Of a stretch of DNA of 38,953 bases, positions 17,183 through 26,361 are shown one piece after another. Source of the DNA: a virus (Duplodnaviria > Caudoviricetes). The stretch is taken from positions 1-38,953 of IMG/VR virus record IMGVR_UViG_3300048838_001824; one strand, given 5' to 3'. The notes beneath the pieces are model-generated. The model was not told the origin of the DNA. It searched no databases and saw nothing but the letters and a program-made list of their open reading frames with translations. The stretch's first letter is position 1. Each line of letters opens with the position of its first letter. The translations under genes were made by a program, and so were the position numbers.

Positions 17183-18411
17183 GTGCGCTGCCCTCCGAGG
17201 TAGTAACCCGCGTTGGTGGCGAGGTCACCGAGCCAGCCTCCGGCCTGACCGGCCTGCTGACCGTATTGGCCGGCCTGATCGCCATAGGCCCCATAGGCGA
17301 GGCGAAGGGCATCCATCGTCCCGTCGTCCTGCCCGAGGCCGAGGCTCAGGTACCGGTAGAGCTGGTCATCGCGACCCGTGCGGACCTGCTCCGCCAGCAA
17401 GGCTTCCTGGATCGCCTGATCGCGCGCCGTTGTCCGGAGGCTGTCGACATAGCCGCGCTCGCCCCGGAGCTCCTGACGATCCCGGTAGCCGAGGTCCTCG
17501 TTGGTGCGCCGCACGTCCTCACCGAAGCCCAGATCGAACCGCCGTGTGTCCTCGCCGAAGTTGAGGTCGTAGCGCCGCGTGTCTTCGTAGCGGTCGAAGG
17601 TGCGCCCCTGCCGGTCCATCTCGGCGAGTGCCGCCTGGAAGGCCATCTGGGCGTTTGTTGAGCTGGCGCTATTCGCGGCGCGTGCTGCTTCCGCCTGCTG
17701 AGCCTGCTCGAGTCCTGCGAGCGACAGGCCCGCTTGCGTGGCAGCGTTGCGGTTGGAGGAGATCATCTGCGCGCGCTCGCGCAGGAGCGGCACCATCGCC
17801 GCATTGAAGTTCTCGACCTTCCCCTTCGCCAGCGTGCCGAGTTCGCTCGCGGCCGTGCTGCCCCATCCGAGGCCACGCTCTGCCAGTTGCGCCTCGAGCG
17901 CCTGCTTGTCGCGCGTGTACTGGCCGTCGATCGACTCCTTGACCTGCGCCTCGGTGGCCTTGAAGGCCTCGTCGTCCCAGGGCGAAGGGTTCGCCAGCTG
18001 CGCGCGAATTTGCCCCAACAACTCGGCCATCATCGGGCTCGAGCCGGGACCCGCCGCACTCACCTGGGGCATCCATGACGCGCCGCCACCTTGGAAGCCC
18101 GCCATGATCTGCTCGAGCGTCTGCATCTGCGGCCGCGGCGTCGCCGTCGGAGCGGGCTGGGCGCTGTACGATCCCGCCCCCGGGAGCGTGAACACATCGC
18201 GCGCCGGCGGGAGGACCTGGGCGGGCTTCTCCGCCCCCGTGATCGGCTGCACGGTCGGTGCACCGGGTGCCGATGGCGCCGCGGTGGGCGGAAGGATGAC
18301 CGGCTGCGAGGTCGTCGTCACACTCGTCGTCGACGGGGCAGGCGTGGCGGCGCCTGCCGGGGCGGTGGTCTTCCGCGGGTCGATCGGGCGATAAGGGAGC
18401 GTCTGTTGCAT
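17179..18411 (-). CDS. Putative ejection/internal virion protein
   Basis: 410 aa with a Pro/Thr-rich N-terminus, a LAERGLG..S motif and a Gly-rich C-terminus. Confidence 0.65.
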   Translation of the reverse strand: MQQTLPYRPIDPRKTTAPAGAATPAPSTTSVTTTSQPVILPPTAAPSAPGAPTVQPITGAEKPAQVLPPARDVFTLPGAGSYSAQPAPTATPRPQMQTLEQIMAGFQGGGASWMPQVSAAGPGSSPMMAELLGQIRAQLANPSPWDDEAFKATEAQVKESIDGQYTRDKQALEAQLAERGLGWGSTAASELGTLAKGKVENFNAAMVPLLRERAQMISSNRNAATQAGLSLAGLEQAQQAEAARAANSASSTNAQMAFQAALAEMDRQGRTFDRYEDTRRYDLNFGEDTRRFDLGFGEDVRRTNEDLGYRDRQELRGERGYVDSLRTTARDQAIQEALLAEQVRTGRDDQLYRYLSLGLGQDDGTMDALRLAYGAYGDQAGQYGQQAGQAGGWLGDLATNAGYYLGGQRT

Positions 18412-18418
18412 CGGTCGC

Positions 18419-18892
18419 TCAGCCCGGGAGCATGCCGGCGAAGGACGCCGCGTTGCGGAGCTTGTCGCTGATCTTCATCTTCGCGCCGTCCGGAATCTTC
18501 AGCTGCGCAATGCCCGCGAGCGCCTGCTGGATCTTGTCCATCCGCGCGCGATCGGGAGCGGCCGCGGCCGGTGCGGTCGGCGCTGGCAAGGCCGCGCGTG
18601 CTGCCACGGGGGCAGCGTTGCCAAAGTTGGCGCGGAACGGGTTGCTCTGGTCGCGGAAGGCACCGGGATCGAACCCGGGCGCGCCCTGGCCGAGCAGCTC
18701 CATGAAGCGCGCCTGGGCGGCCGAGCGCATGGGTGCATTCTCCGCCCGGCGGCCGCGCGCCTCCATCAGGATCTCATCGATGATCCGCTGCTGGTTGCCG
18801 AGCGCACGGTTCTGCGACTTGGAGGCATCGCTCTGCTTCTTCGCACCGAGCAGGCCAGCGCCAATGGAAATTGCGGGGAGAATCCAGCCCAT
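18419..18892 (-). CDS. Small ejection (pilot-type) protein
   Basis: N-terminus MGWILPAISIGAGLLGAKKQSDASKSQ is typical of the first podovirus ejection protein. Confidence 0.7.
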   Translation of the reverse strand: MGWILPAISIGAGLLGAKKQSDASKSQNRALGNQQRIIDEILMEARGRRAENAPMRSAAQARFMELLGQGAPGFDPGAFRDQSNPFRANFGNAAPVAARAALPAPTAPAAAAPDRARMDKIQQALAGIAQLKIPDGAKMKISDKLRNAASFAGMLPG

Positions 18893-18895
18893 CGA

Positions 18896-19267
18896 TCAGC
18901 CCTCCGACGACTTGAGTGCGCGAACCTTCGCCACCATGTCCTCGAGTGAGTCGGCCCCGAGCTCCTCCCGGAGTGCCACCCACGCCGTCGCGGCCCGCTG
19001 TTCCGCCGGGGTGGCGAACGCTGGGGCCAGCTGATCGAGATGCTCGGATGCATAACGTCCGAAAAATGCGTCGAAAGTCTGCCAGCTCATCTCGATCCGA
19101 GGCACGGGCTTCTGCAAGAGCTGCTCGAGGAACGGCGAGAGCACGCCGGTCGGGATCGGTCGTCCGGGGCCCAGCACACCGGCGACGATGTAGACGAGGA
19201 CCGGCGGGTCCGCATCGCCAACGTAGGCGCCAGTGACATCATCGATGCGATCATTCTCGGTGGCCAT
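18896..19267 (-). CDS. Hypothetical protein
   Basis: 123 aa with SD GAGGAGG upstream. Confidence 0.7.
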   Translation of the reverse strand: MATENDRIDDVTGAYVGDADPPVLVYIVAGVLGPGRPIPTGVLSPFLEQLLQKPVPRIEMSWQTFDAFFGRYASEHLDQLAPAFATPAEQRAATAWVALREELGADSLEDMVAKVRALKSSEG

Positions 19268-19288
19268 GATGCCTCCTCTGGGGGGTCG

Positions 19289-21253
19289 TCATACGGTGAT
19301 CACCGCGTAGGTGTCGTAGGTCGTCGTCGCGGTGGCGATCACGGTGCTGCCGTTCTTGAGGCGGAGCGTGAACGTGTAGGCGGCCGCGACGTAGTCGGTG
19401 GTGAACTTCGGGACGAGATCCACGTTTGGGTCGTGGGTGTCGGTGTCGAAGACATAGGGACTCGTGGTGCTGATGCCGGTGATCACCCCCTCGGCCCCGT
19501 CATCGGACGTGCGTGAGCGCCGACTCCAGGCGAGGTCCAGCGTATACCCACCCGGCGCGTTCTCCACGGCGAAAACGATGGTGATCGTGTCGGCCGCGTT
19601 GTCCTGCTCGGTGACATACAACGCGGGAATGCTGGCGGGCACTGAGCCCCCCCCCGCGTCCTGCGGCCGCACGATGACGTAGGTGCTGATCGCCTGCGAG
19701 TCCAACGTCGCTCGGATCTCGACCGTCTTCGCGTCCCCGCCTGCGCTGTTGCGACTGACCGAGAAGGGAGAGGCCGGAGGCGTGGTCCAACTCCCCCCGT
19801 CGATGCGGTAATCCACTGCCCCGATGGCGTCCCACGCGATGCTGACCGTCGTCGCGAGCTCGGTCGGCGAGACTTCGAGCGAGGGACCGAAACCCTGCGG
19901 CAGGACGGTACGCTGTATGCGCTCGATCCCACCCCCGGTGAGGGATGCGGTGAACTCCACCGTCGCTGGCGCGGCTCCGGACGCAGGGCGGTTGATCGTC
20001 ACGACGTCGCCGTCCGGGATCGGCACCTCGACTCCTGCGGTGAGGCCGCCATACCCGAGCGTGGATCCATCCGTGCCGCGCGGTCGAACGCTCAGCGTCG
20101 GCGGACTTCCCCCCGCCTTCGGATTGGACCCGGTGACGGTGAACTCCTGCGAGGTGGCGCCCGGGGTTGCCGGCACGACCGTCAGGTTGGGGGTCACGGT
20201 GTCCGCATCAAGCGGCGGGATCGTGACGATGTTGGTCACGGACTGGCCGTTCGCCGTGCCGCGGAAGGTGTACTCCTTGAACGCCCCGCCCGCGGCGTTG
20301 CGCGAGACGGAGATGGGCGAGGCCGGAGGCGTCGCATACGCGGCGCCGTCGATCGAGAGCTCGACGTTGTCGCCACCCCACGTGATTGAGCTGCTCGTGG
20401 GTCCGGTCGCCACGCGCACGTCGAGATCGGGGCCAGATCCCTCCTGCTCGGGTACGTCGATCGCCTCGACCGCGTCCAGGCGGTTGGTGAGCGTGGCCGT
20501 GAAGGTGATCCGACGCGGCCCACCGCCAGGGCTGCTGCGCGCGATCGTGAAGGTGTCGTCGCCGTTGTCCGTCACACTCGCCGTCGGGTCCCATGTGAGG
20601 GCCGGGAGCCCGCCGTACGGATCGACGGCCACCACCAACACCGTGACCGACGTCGCGTTCGCACTCACCAGCGCCATCCCGATCGTGAGCTGCGGCAACT
20701 GCTTCCGGTAGAGTGCCCCGTCCTCCAGTCCGTCGAACGTGTCGGGATCTCCTGGCAATCCCTTGGCGAGGAAGAGCCGCAGCTGGCGACCAGCGAAGTC
20801 CTCGAAGGCGCTGCCGGCGTGACCTCCGTCCGTGAGCTGCGCGATGATGTCCACGAGTGCCGCACCGCCGGGCTGCCGCAACAGGTGCTCGGCGAACTTG
20901 TTCACCACACCGATACCCGCGAAGTCGATCAAGCCATCGATCAGTGCGGTGATAACCGCCTTGCCGTAGAGCAGGCCATCCGGGATCGAGTCGAGGTGAT
21001 CGGGGTCCGCTGTGATGCTCTTGGCGAAGAACGCGCTCGCAAGGCGGCCGAGCGCGTCGCTCGCCGTCGGCACGAGCTGGCCGCCGTAGTCGAGGAAGCC
21101 CGTTCGGGCGAGGTCCACCCCCACCGAGGTCTTGCGCGGCTCCGCGCTCGGGGGTGCATTGACGCGGGGATCCGGCGTGCCGAATGGCACCACGCGCGAC
21201 GGCGGGTCCTCGCGCTCGGCATAGCCGTAGCCGCGGCGGGTCGGGTCACTCAT
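19289..21253 (-). CDS. Tail fibre/receptor-binding protein with repeated beta-sandwich domains
   Basis: 654 aa, Thr/Val/Gly-rich, with the internal repeat IDG...TPPASP.SVSRN.AGG..K. It follows the nozzle gene. Confidence 0.65.
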   Translation of the reverse strand: MSDPTRRGYGYAEREDPPSRVVPFGTPDPRVNAPPSAEPRKTSVGVDLARTGFLDYGGQLVPTASDALGRLASAFFAKSITADPDHLDSIPDGLLYGKAVITALIDGLIDFAGIGVVNKFAEHLLRQPGGAALVDIIAQLTDGGHAGSAFEDFAGRQLRLFLAKGLPGDPDTFDGLEDGALYRKQLPQLTIGMALVSANATSVTVLVVAVDPYGGLPALTWDPTASVTDNGDDTFTIARSSPGGGPRRITFTATLTNRLDAVEAIDVPEQEGSGPDLDVRVATGPTSSSITWGGDNVELSIDGAAYATPPASPISVSRNAAGGAFKEYTFRGTANGQSVTNIVTIPPLDADTVTPNLTVVPATPGATSQEFTVTGSNPKAGGSPPTLSVRPRGTDGSTLGYGGLTAGVEVPIPDGDVVTINRPASGAAPATVEFTASLTGGGIERIQRTVLPQGFGPSLEVSPTELATTVSIAWDAIGAVDYRIDGGSWTTPPASPFSVSRNSAGGDAKTVEIRATLDSQAISTYVIVRPQDAGGGSVPASIPALYVTEQDNAADTITIVFAVENAPGGYTLDLAWSRRSRTSDDGAEGVITGISTTSPYVFDTDTHDPNVDLVPKFTTDYVAAAYTFTLRLKNGSTVIATATTTYDTYAVITV

Positions 21254-22668
21254 CGCCGCAGATAGGCCGTCGCGAGGAGGCCGGTGACGAGGATCGGCAC
21301 ACCGTTCTGCTCACGCACCCGGATCGTGATCCGTCGTCCCCGCGCGCCGAAGCGCCAGGCGTAGTCGCGGATGCCAGGCCCATTGCCAGGAAGCGTCTCT
21401 TCCCCCTCACCGAGCTCACTCCGCCACTGCACCGTCAGGGCGGCGCCGACGGGTACCTCTGCTTGCACACTGAGTGCGCGGACCGTCTTCACCTCATCGG
21501 GCGCACCGAAGAGCAACGGCGGGAAAGTGATCGCCGTCGGGATTGACACGCCGCCCGTCCCATTGCGCAGGACGTCGTCCGCGGTGCCCACGTCCAGCTC
21601 ACGCACGCGACCATCCGCGCCGCCGGCCAGGAGGGTGTCCGTGCCATCCGGGCGCTCGTAGGTGGCGAGCGAGCGAATGGTGAACGGTACCGACCACGGT
21701 CCGCTCCATGCCTGCGGGCGTGTGGCCCAGACCAGCGGGCCCGAAGGCGTGACCACCCATGCCTCGCGCGCCGTGCGATGGAACGCGGCGAGGATACCGC
21801 TGCGCTCGCTCCCGGGGATGGCGTCGAAGGTTGCCTCGACCTTCTGGCCGATCTCCTGAAGCGACGCTTCGTTCGCGAGGTAGGGGCCACGATCGGTTAC
21901 CACCAGCAGGAGGTCGTCGAGCTGCGTGAGCGCACCCGGTCCGACGAGCCCGAGGTTCGGGCTTACCCCCTCGGTGTCCGTGTCGATCCGAATCTGCGTC
22001 TTGTCGACGCCGGTGAAGCGGGCGATCGTATCGCTCTTGGCCAGAAGGAGCGAGGAGCCCACCCCAGCCATCGCGATCAGCGGTTCGGTGTCGAACGTCT
22101 CGACGTCCTCGAAGCCGCCGTCCGGGATCTCCCAGACGCCGAGGTTCTGGACCTTGGAGAAGTAGAGCGTCTTCCCACCACCGTGTGCGAAGCCCCGCTG
22201 CTTGTAGAGCTCGATAAACTGCACGCCAGCCGGAGCTCCAGCGACGGGGGCCAGCGTGGTGCCGTCCCACGTGAAGAGCCCATCGGAGGCGACATAGAGC
22301 ACGATCGATGCGCCCGTGCGATAGGGCAGCATCACCGTCGGACGGACCGCCGAGAGCGCCGGGCTGTCTACCGTCGTGAACTCCGTCGCACCTTCGAGCT
22401 TGTGGTGCAGCTTCCCGCCGGCAACCGCCACGACTTGCTTGCCACCCGGGCTGTCCCATTGGGTGAGCCCCAGCACAGGTGCACCGCTCGCCAGCGCCGA
22501 GTCGTGGATGCGTCGCGAGCCGGGCCGCGTCTTGAGCGCGCCGTAGGTGGTGAGGCGGACGTTGAGGGCCTCGCGCAGCTCGCGCGCGTCGAGCGTGTCC
22601 TCGGCGAACGTCGTATTCAGGCCGCCGCGGAAGTCGAAGCGCACATCGCGCACCGTTGGGCGCGCCAT
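21250..22668 (-). CDS. Tail nozzle / packaged-DNA stabilisation protein (P22 gp10/T7 gp12-like)
   Basis: DFRGGLNT...ALNVRL...GALKTRPG N-terminus, LYFS motif and a beta-propeller-like pattern. Confidence 0.75.
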   Translation of the reverse strand: MARPTVRDVRFDFRGGLNTTFAEDTLDARELREALNVRLTTYGALKTRPGSRRIHDSALASGAPVLGLTQWDSPGGKQVVAVAGGKLHHKLEGATEFTTVDSPALSAVRPTVMLPYRTGASIVLYVASDGLFTWDGTTLAPVAGAPAGVQFIELYKQRGFAHGGGKTLYFSKVQNLGVWEIPDGGFEDVETFDTEPLIAMAGVGSSLLLAKSDTIARFTGVDKTQIRIDTDTEGVSPNLGLVGPGALTQLDDLLLVVTDRGPYLANEASLQEIGQKVEATFDAIPGSERSGILAAFHRTAREAWVVTPSGPLVWATRPQAWSGPWSVPFTIRSLATYERPDGTDTLLAGGADGRVRELDVGTADDVLRNGTGGVSIPTAITFPPLLFGAPDEVKTVRALSVQAEVPVGAALTVQWRSELGEGEETLPGNGPGIRDYAWRFGARGRRITIRVREQNGVPILVTGLLATAYLRR

Positions 22669-22988
22669 CAGCCACGCACCTTGACCAGGACGGGGTCATC
22701 GGTGTTCGGGAACGAGATCCGTCGACCGTCCGCGGTGCGCGTTGCCTCGATCTGCACCCGGTAGTCGCCCGCGGTATCGAGGTCGGTGGCACCCCAGTCG
22801 TGGCGCACCCACCCCGTCGCGGCATCGACGATGGTCGGGCTGCTGTTCGACACTTTGGTCGTGCCGTCCGGGTTCAACAGCTTGACCGTGACGTTGTGGC
22901 CTGCGAGATCGTAGGCGCGACCGTCATGGTAGCAGCACTGCATTTCGAGGGAGGGGAGTCGGTCCCCGACCCGGAACTCGTGCGTCAT
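22668..22988 (-). CDS. BppU N-terminal-like virion protein
   Basis: 106 aa from ATG 22988: GDRLPSL...DL.G..V...GWVRHDW...DLDTAGDY...ISFPN. Confidence 0.7.
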   Translation of the reverse strand: MTHEFRVGDRLPSLEMQCCYHDGRAYDLAGHNVTVKLLNPDGTTKVSNSSPTIVDAATGWVRHDWGATDLDTAGDYRVQIEATRTADGRRISFPNTDDPVLVKVRG

Positions 22989-24136
22989 CGGCGGGACTCC
23001 AATCGCGTCGCGGTCGCCCGCGTGGTCAGCTGTGTCGCAGTCGCGCGCGACCGCAGCATCGTGGGATACAGGATGGGGATGGGCTCGAAGGACCCGACCA
23101 GAGCGGCGGTACCGGTGCCGACACCCGCGCCGCTCGCCACGAGCTGGAGGATGAATCGCAGATGCGCCGTGCCGGCACCGATGCCAGGACCCGGTGCCAC
23201 GAGCCGCTGCACGAATCGAAGCGTGGCAGCGCCCGACCCCACGCCAGCGCCAACAGCACTCCACCCACCGCCAACAGTGAGGTTCGCCGACCCGGCACCG
23301 ATGCCTACGCCCGCCGCACCGAACGCCTGGAGAAACCGGAGGGCGGCGGCACCTGCACCGACACCCCCGCCGGCCGCAGCGAGACGCGTCGGCAGTGTGA
23401 GCGCTGCGCCACCCGCTCCGACACCGGGACCAGTCGCCGACATCCGCGTCGGCAGCGTGAGGTGCGCGGTGCCAGCACCTACGCCAACACCGTCGGCCTC
23501 GAGGACGGTGCCACCACCGCCGACCGAGGGGTTGTAGATGCCCAGGACATAGCCGAAGCGGATGCCGCCATCGCAGTCCCAGTCTCCTCCACCGACACTG
23601 CCAGAATCCACGGCGAGATAGCCGCCATGGAAGCAGTAATTCTGCGCGCCCGCGCTGAAGAGCTCATACCCTGCTGGAGCCGCGGTGACGGATCGCGCGG
23701 TGGAGACACTGCTGGCGAACGACGTGAAGGCCATCGACCCGTCGACCGTGCAGGTCCCGTCCGTGATGTTGAATGGGTCCGCCGAGATGTCGCCCCCAGG
23801 GGCGACGACATCGTCTGGCGCCGCACCATCCCATCCGGTTGCGCGGACAATCTGTGTGCGCCACGCCCCGCTCGGAACGCTTACGGTCGGCGTGTCGCTA
23901 CCCGTCGCGTTGCCCTTGTCGCGGTAGTAGGTCGAGATTGTGAAGCTGCCGAACCAGAAGATGCGGGCACCCTCCAGCGTCCAGCCGTCCGGGGTGGTTG
24001 GAGGCGTGCTGGAAGAACTCAGCACAGTCAGCCGGAGCAGGTCCCCGGTCGAGCCCCCAGCCGGAGCCGAGGTTGTCGCCGCGGTGCCACTCCCCGACGA
24101 GACCGCGCCGATCGCGCCAATTGCGATCGCCATCAC
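22985..24136 (-). CDS. Virion fibre-like protein with ~20-aa Gly-rich repeats
   Basis: N-terminal TGDLL...TTPDGWT domain followed by about six A.G.G[VI]G[AST]G.A.L repeats. Confidence 0.65.
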   Translation of the reverse strand: MMAIAIGAIGAVSSGSGTAATTSAPAGGSTGDLLRLTVLSSSSTPPTTPDGWTLEGARIFWFGSFTISTYYRDKGNATGSDTPTVSVPSGAWRTQIVRATGWDGAAPDDVVAPGGDISADPFNITDGTCTVDGSMAFTSFASSVSTARSVTAAPAGYELFSAGAQNYCFHGGYLAVDSGSVGGGDWDCDGGIRFGYVLGIYNPSVGGGGTVLEADGVGVGAGTAHLTLPTRMSATGPGVGAGGAALTLPTRLAAAGGGVGAGAAALRFLQAFGAAGVGIGAGSANLTVGGGWSAVGAGVGSGAATLRFVQRLVAPGPGIGAGTAHLRFILQLVASGAGVGTGTAALVGSFEPIPILYPTMLRSRATATQLTTRATATRLESRR

Positions 24137-24217
24137 CCACCCTCGTGCGAAATCGCCCCGCCGCGAGGGCGACGAGGCGAGGGAGACTGCGCGCGCAATG
24201 GGCTGCGATTCATCAGG

Positions 24218-25582
24218 TCAGAGGCTCCGCAGTCGCACGGTGAACTGGCCGGGCACATCGCCGCGCCAGCAGAGGTGGTCATCGGGCGTCTGCCACAGAG
24301 TGAGACCAGTGGCGTCGGTCGTCGCGGCCCAAGAGGCTGACGCTCCGATTACCCCGACGCACTGTGTCGCCCCTGCCGGGCTGGTGAGGTTCGCCAGCAC
24401 GAGGGGCGCTGGCGGAATGACGAGCGCGAGCAGCCGCGGCACGTCCACGAGGCCGCGCCCATAGTCGGGATCGGGGCCAGCCACGCCACCATCCACCGCA
24501 CTCGCGTGCAACAGCGCCGTGATGCTGTCGAGGGTGAGCGCGGGCCGCAACTGCCGAAGCAATGCCACAACCCCGGCGACATGGGGGGATGCCATCGAGG
24601 TGCCGCTCTTGCTCCCCGTGCCGCCACTCGGCAACGAGGACACGATGCCAGAGCCGGGGGCCACGAGGTCGAGGTCGGGGTCGCGGTTGCTGTAGCTCGC
24701 GCGCCCGCCGCCGCTCGTCACCGCGCCCACGCTGATCACACGCGCGTAGCGCGCCGGGTAGAGCGCCGTCGCCCCGCCTGCATTGCCACTGGACGCCACC
24801 AGCACGCCCGCGGCGGCTTGGTACGCTTGGACGGTGAGCATCATGGCCCCCGTCGCCCCGCCACCAATCGAGGCGTTGACGACGAGGATGCCCTGCTCGC
24901 GTGCCCAGTTGAGCGCAGCGGCCTGCGTGCCACCCCATGCGAGGCAGTCGCCGTTGATGTCCTCGAACACCCGGAGCGCCACCAACTCGACGCCCGGTGC
25001 CACGCCATTGACGGACGATCCGACCGACCCCGCAACGTGCGTCCCATGCCCCTTGCATGGCGCGAACGTGTCGCCCCACGCCTCGGGGCCACCGTTGCTC
25101 GCCGGGAAGTTCCGGCCCGCGACCACGTTCAGGTGAGGGTGGTTCGGCATGATGCCGCTGTCCATGATGCCGACCTTGACGCCCGCGCCGGTGACGCCGC
25201 GATCCCACGCGCTGTCGGCGCCGATCATCGCGAGGTTCCACGGCAGCGCCATCGGCGCCGACAGATCACTCAGGCCAGCGAGCCCCGTGGAGTCAGGAAT
25301 GGGGAGCGAGGTCGTCGCATCGTACTCCGCATACACTGGGGCGGGCCGCAGCGCGCGCAGCGAGTCGAGGAGTCCTGGGCGGCCCGTGAAGGCCAGAACG
25401 GGCCCGTCTCGGAACGCCACCGCCATGCCCCAACGCTTCGCCGCCAGTAGCAGCTGCGCGGTGTCGCGCTCGGCCTCGAGCACGACCGCATAGCGCACCG
25501 TCGGCGCCTGGGCATCCAACGCCGTGACCGCGCCGGCCCCGAGGAGGAGCAGCAGCGACGCGGCGAGACGATCGGCGCGCAT
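24218..25582 (-). CDS. Secreted subtilisin-like serine protease (S8)
   Basis: From ATG 25582. Signal peptide MRADRLAASLLLLLGAGAVTALDA|Q, a prodomain, the triad MDSG / HGTHVAG / GTSMASPH, and oxyanion SSGN. Confidence 0.93.
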   Translation of the reverse strand: MRADRLAASLLLLLGAGAVTALDAQAPTVRYAVVLEAERDTAQLLLAAKRWGMAVAFRDGPVLAFTGRPGLLDSLRALRPAPVYAEYDATTSLPIPDSTGLAGLSDLSAPMALPWNLAMIGADSAWDRGVTGAGVKVGIMDSGIMPNHPHLNVVAGRNFPASNGGPEAWGDTFAPCKGHGTHVAGSVGSSVNGVAPGVELVALRVFEDINGDCLAWGGTQAAALNWAREQGILVVNASIGGGATGAMMLTVQAYQAAAGVLVASSGNAGGATALYPARYARVISVGAVTSGGGRASYSNRDPDLDLVAPGSGIVSSLPSGGTGSKSGTSMASPHVAGVVALLRQLRPALTLDSITALLHASAVDGGVAGPDPDYGRGLVDVPRLLALVIPPAPLVLANLTSPAGATQCVGVIGASASWAATTDATGLTLWQTPDDHLCWRGDVPGQFTVRLRSL

Positions 25583-25584
25583 GG

Positions 25585-26361
25585 TCACGGGTCCGTGGGA
25601 ACGACTGTGACCGTGATCGTCGTGATCGAGTCGACCACCGCGACAGGGGGAGCCTGATCGTTCCGCACGTACTTCCATCCCTTCGCCGCACTCCATGATG
25701 CGGAGGGAATGCCGGTCGGACTCAGATAGCGGAGGCGGGCGGTGTAGACGAGCGAGTCACCCACCTGCGGCTGCGGGGCCGACACCACGAAGGTGAGGCC
25801 ATCGGGCACCGGGATCGCTGTGCCGTTCGCGAAGACCTCCCAACGACAGTTCACCGCCCCGGGGACCAGCTTGCAGCCGCCCTGGCTACGGACGGCGGAG
25901 TCCGTCACGGAAGCCGTGACGACGATCGCATTCGGACTGGGTATCGGCATCGGCCGATCGACCGGTGGACGAGCAGCCGCACACGCGATGAGTGTGATGG
26001 CCGCGAGCAGGGGGAATGAGGATCGAAGGCCCATGGTTGGTCCCTTTGGTGTGGTGATGGGTGGAGTGCTCCGCCCCAGCCGGAAGGCGAGGGCGGCAGG
26101 TGCAGCGGCAGCACTGCCCCCGAGCGTCAGCAGGCCGAGGCCGGTCAGGAGGTCGGGGTGCGGTTCGCCGCCGATCCACCGGACAGCGAGGAGGATCAGG
26201 CCGGCCGACAGCGCCAGGGCGATCCGCTTGGCCCAGTCGCCAAGCTGGCGGACGAGGGCGACGCGTTGCAGCTGCGCGAAGAGCCACGAGGCCAGCGCCG
26301 CCGCGAGGGGGAGCTGCGCGTCGAGCAGCAGGTCACGGAGGGGAGCGAGGGCGTCCATCAC
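25585..26361 (-). CDS. Membrane protein with an in-frame internal lipoprotein (second start ATG 26034)
   Basis: N-terminal ~95 aa with about three hydrophobic helices, then AAAGGGA-ccaacc-ATG and MGLRSSFPLLAAITLIA|C lipobox, then a beta-rich Fn3/Ig-like domain. Confidence 0.7.
   Translation of the reverse strand: MMDALAPLRDLLLDAQLPLAAALASWLFAQLQRVALVRQLGDWAKRIALALSAGLILLAVRWIGGEPHPDLLTGLGLLTLGGSAAAAPAALAFRLGRSTPPITTPKGPTMGLRSSFPLLAAITLIACAAARPPVDRPMPIPSPNAIVVTASVTDSAVRSQGGCKLVPGAVNCRWEVFANGTAIPVPDGLTFVVSAPQPQVGDSLVYTARLRYLSPTGIPSASWSAAKGWKYVRNDQAPPVAVVDSITTITVTVVPTDP

Noticed and set aside
24218-25582. S8 protease as the prohead maturation protease
   Set aside because: It has an export signal and prodomain, lies away from the portal-scaffold-capsid block, and a separate scaffold gene exists.
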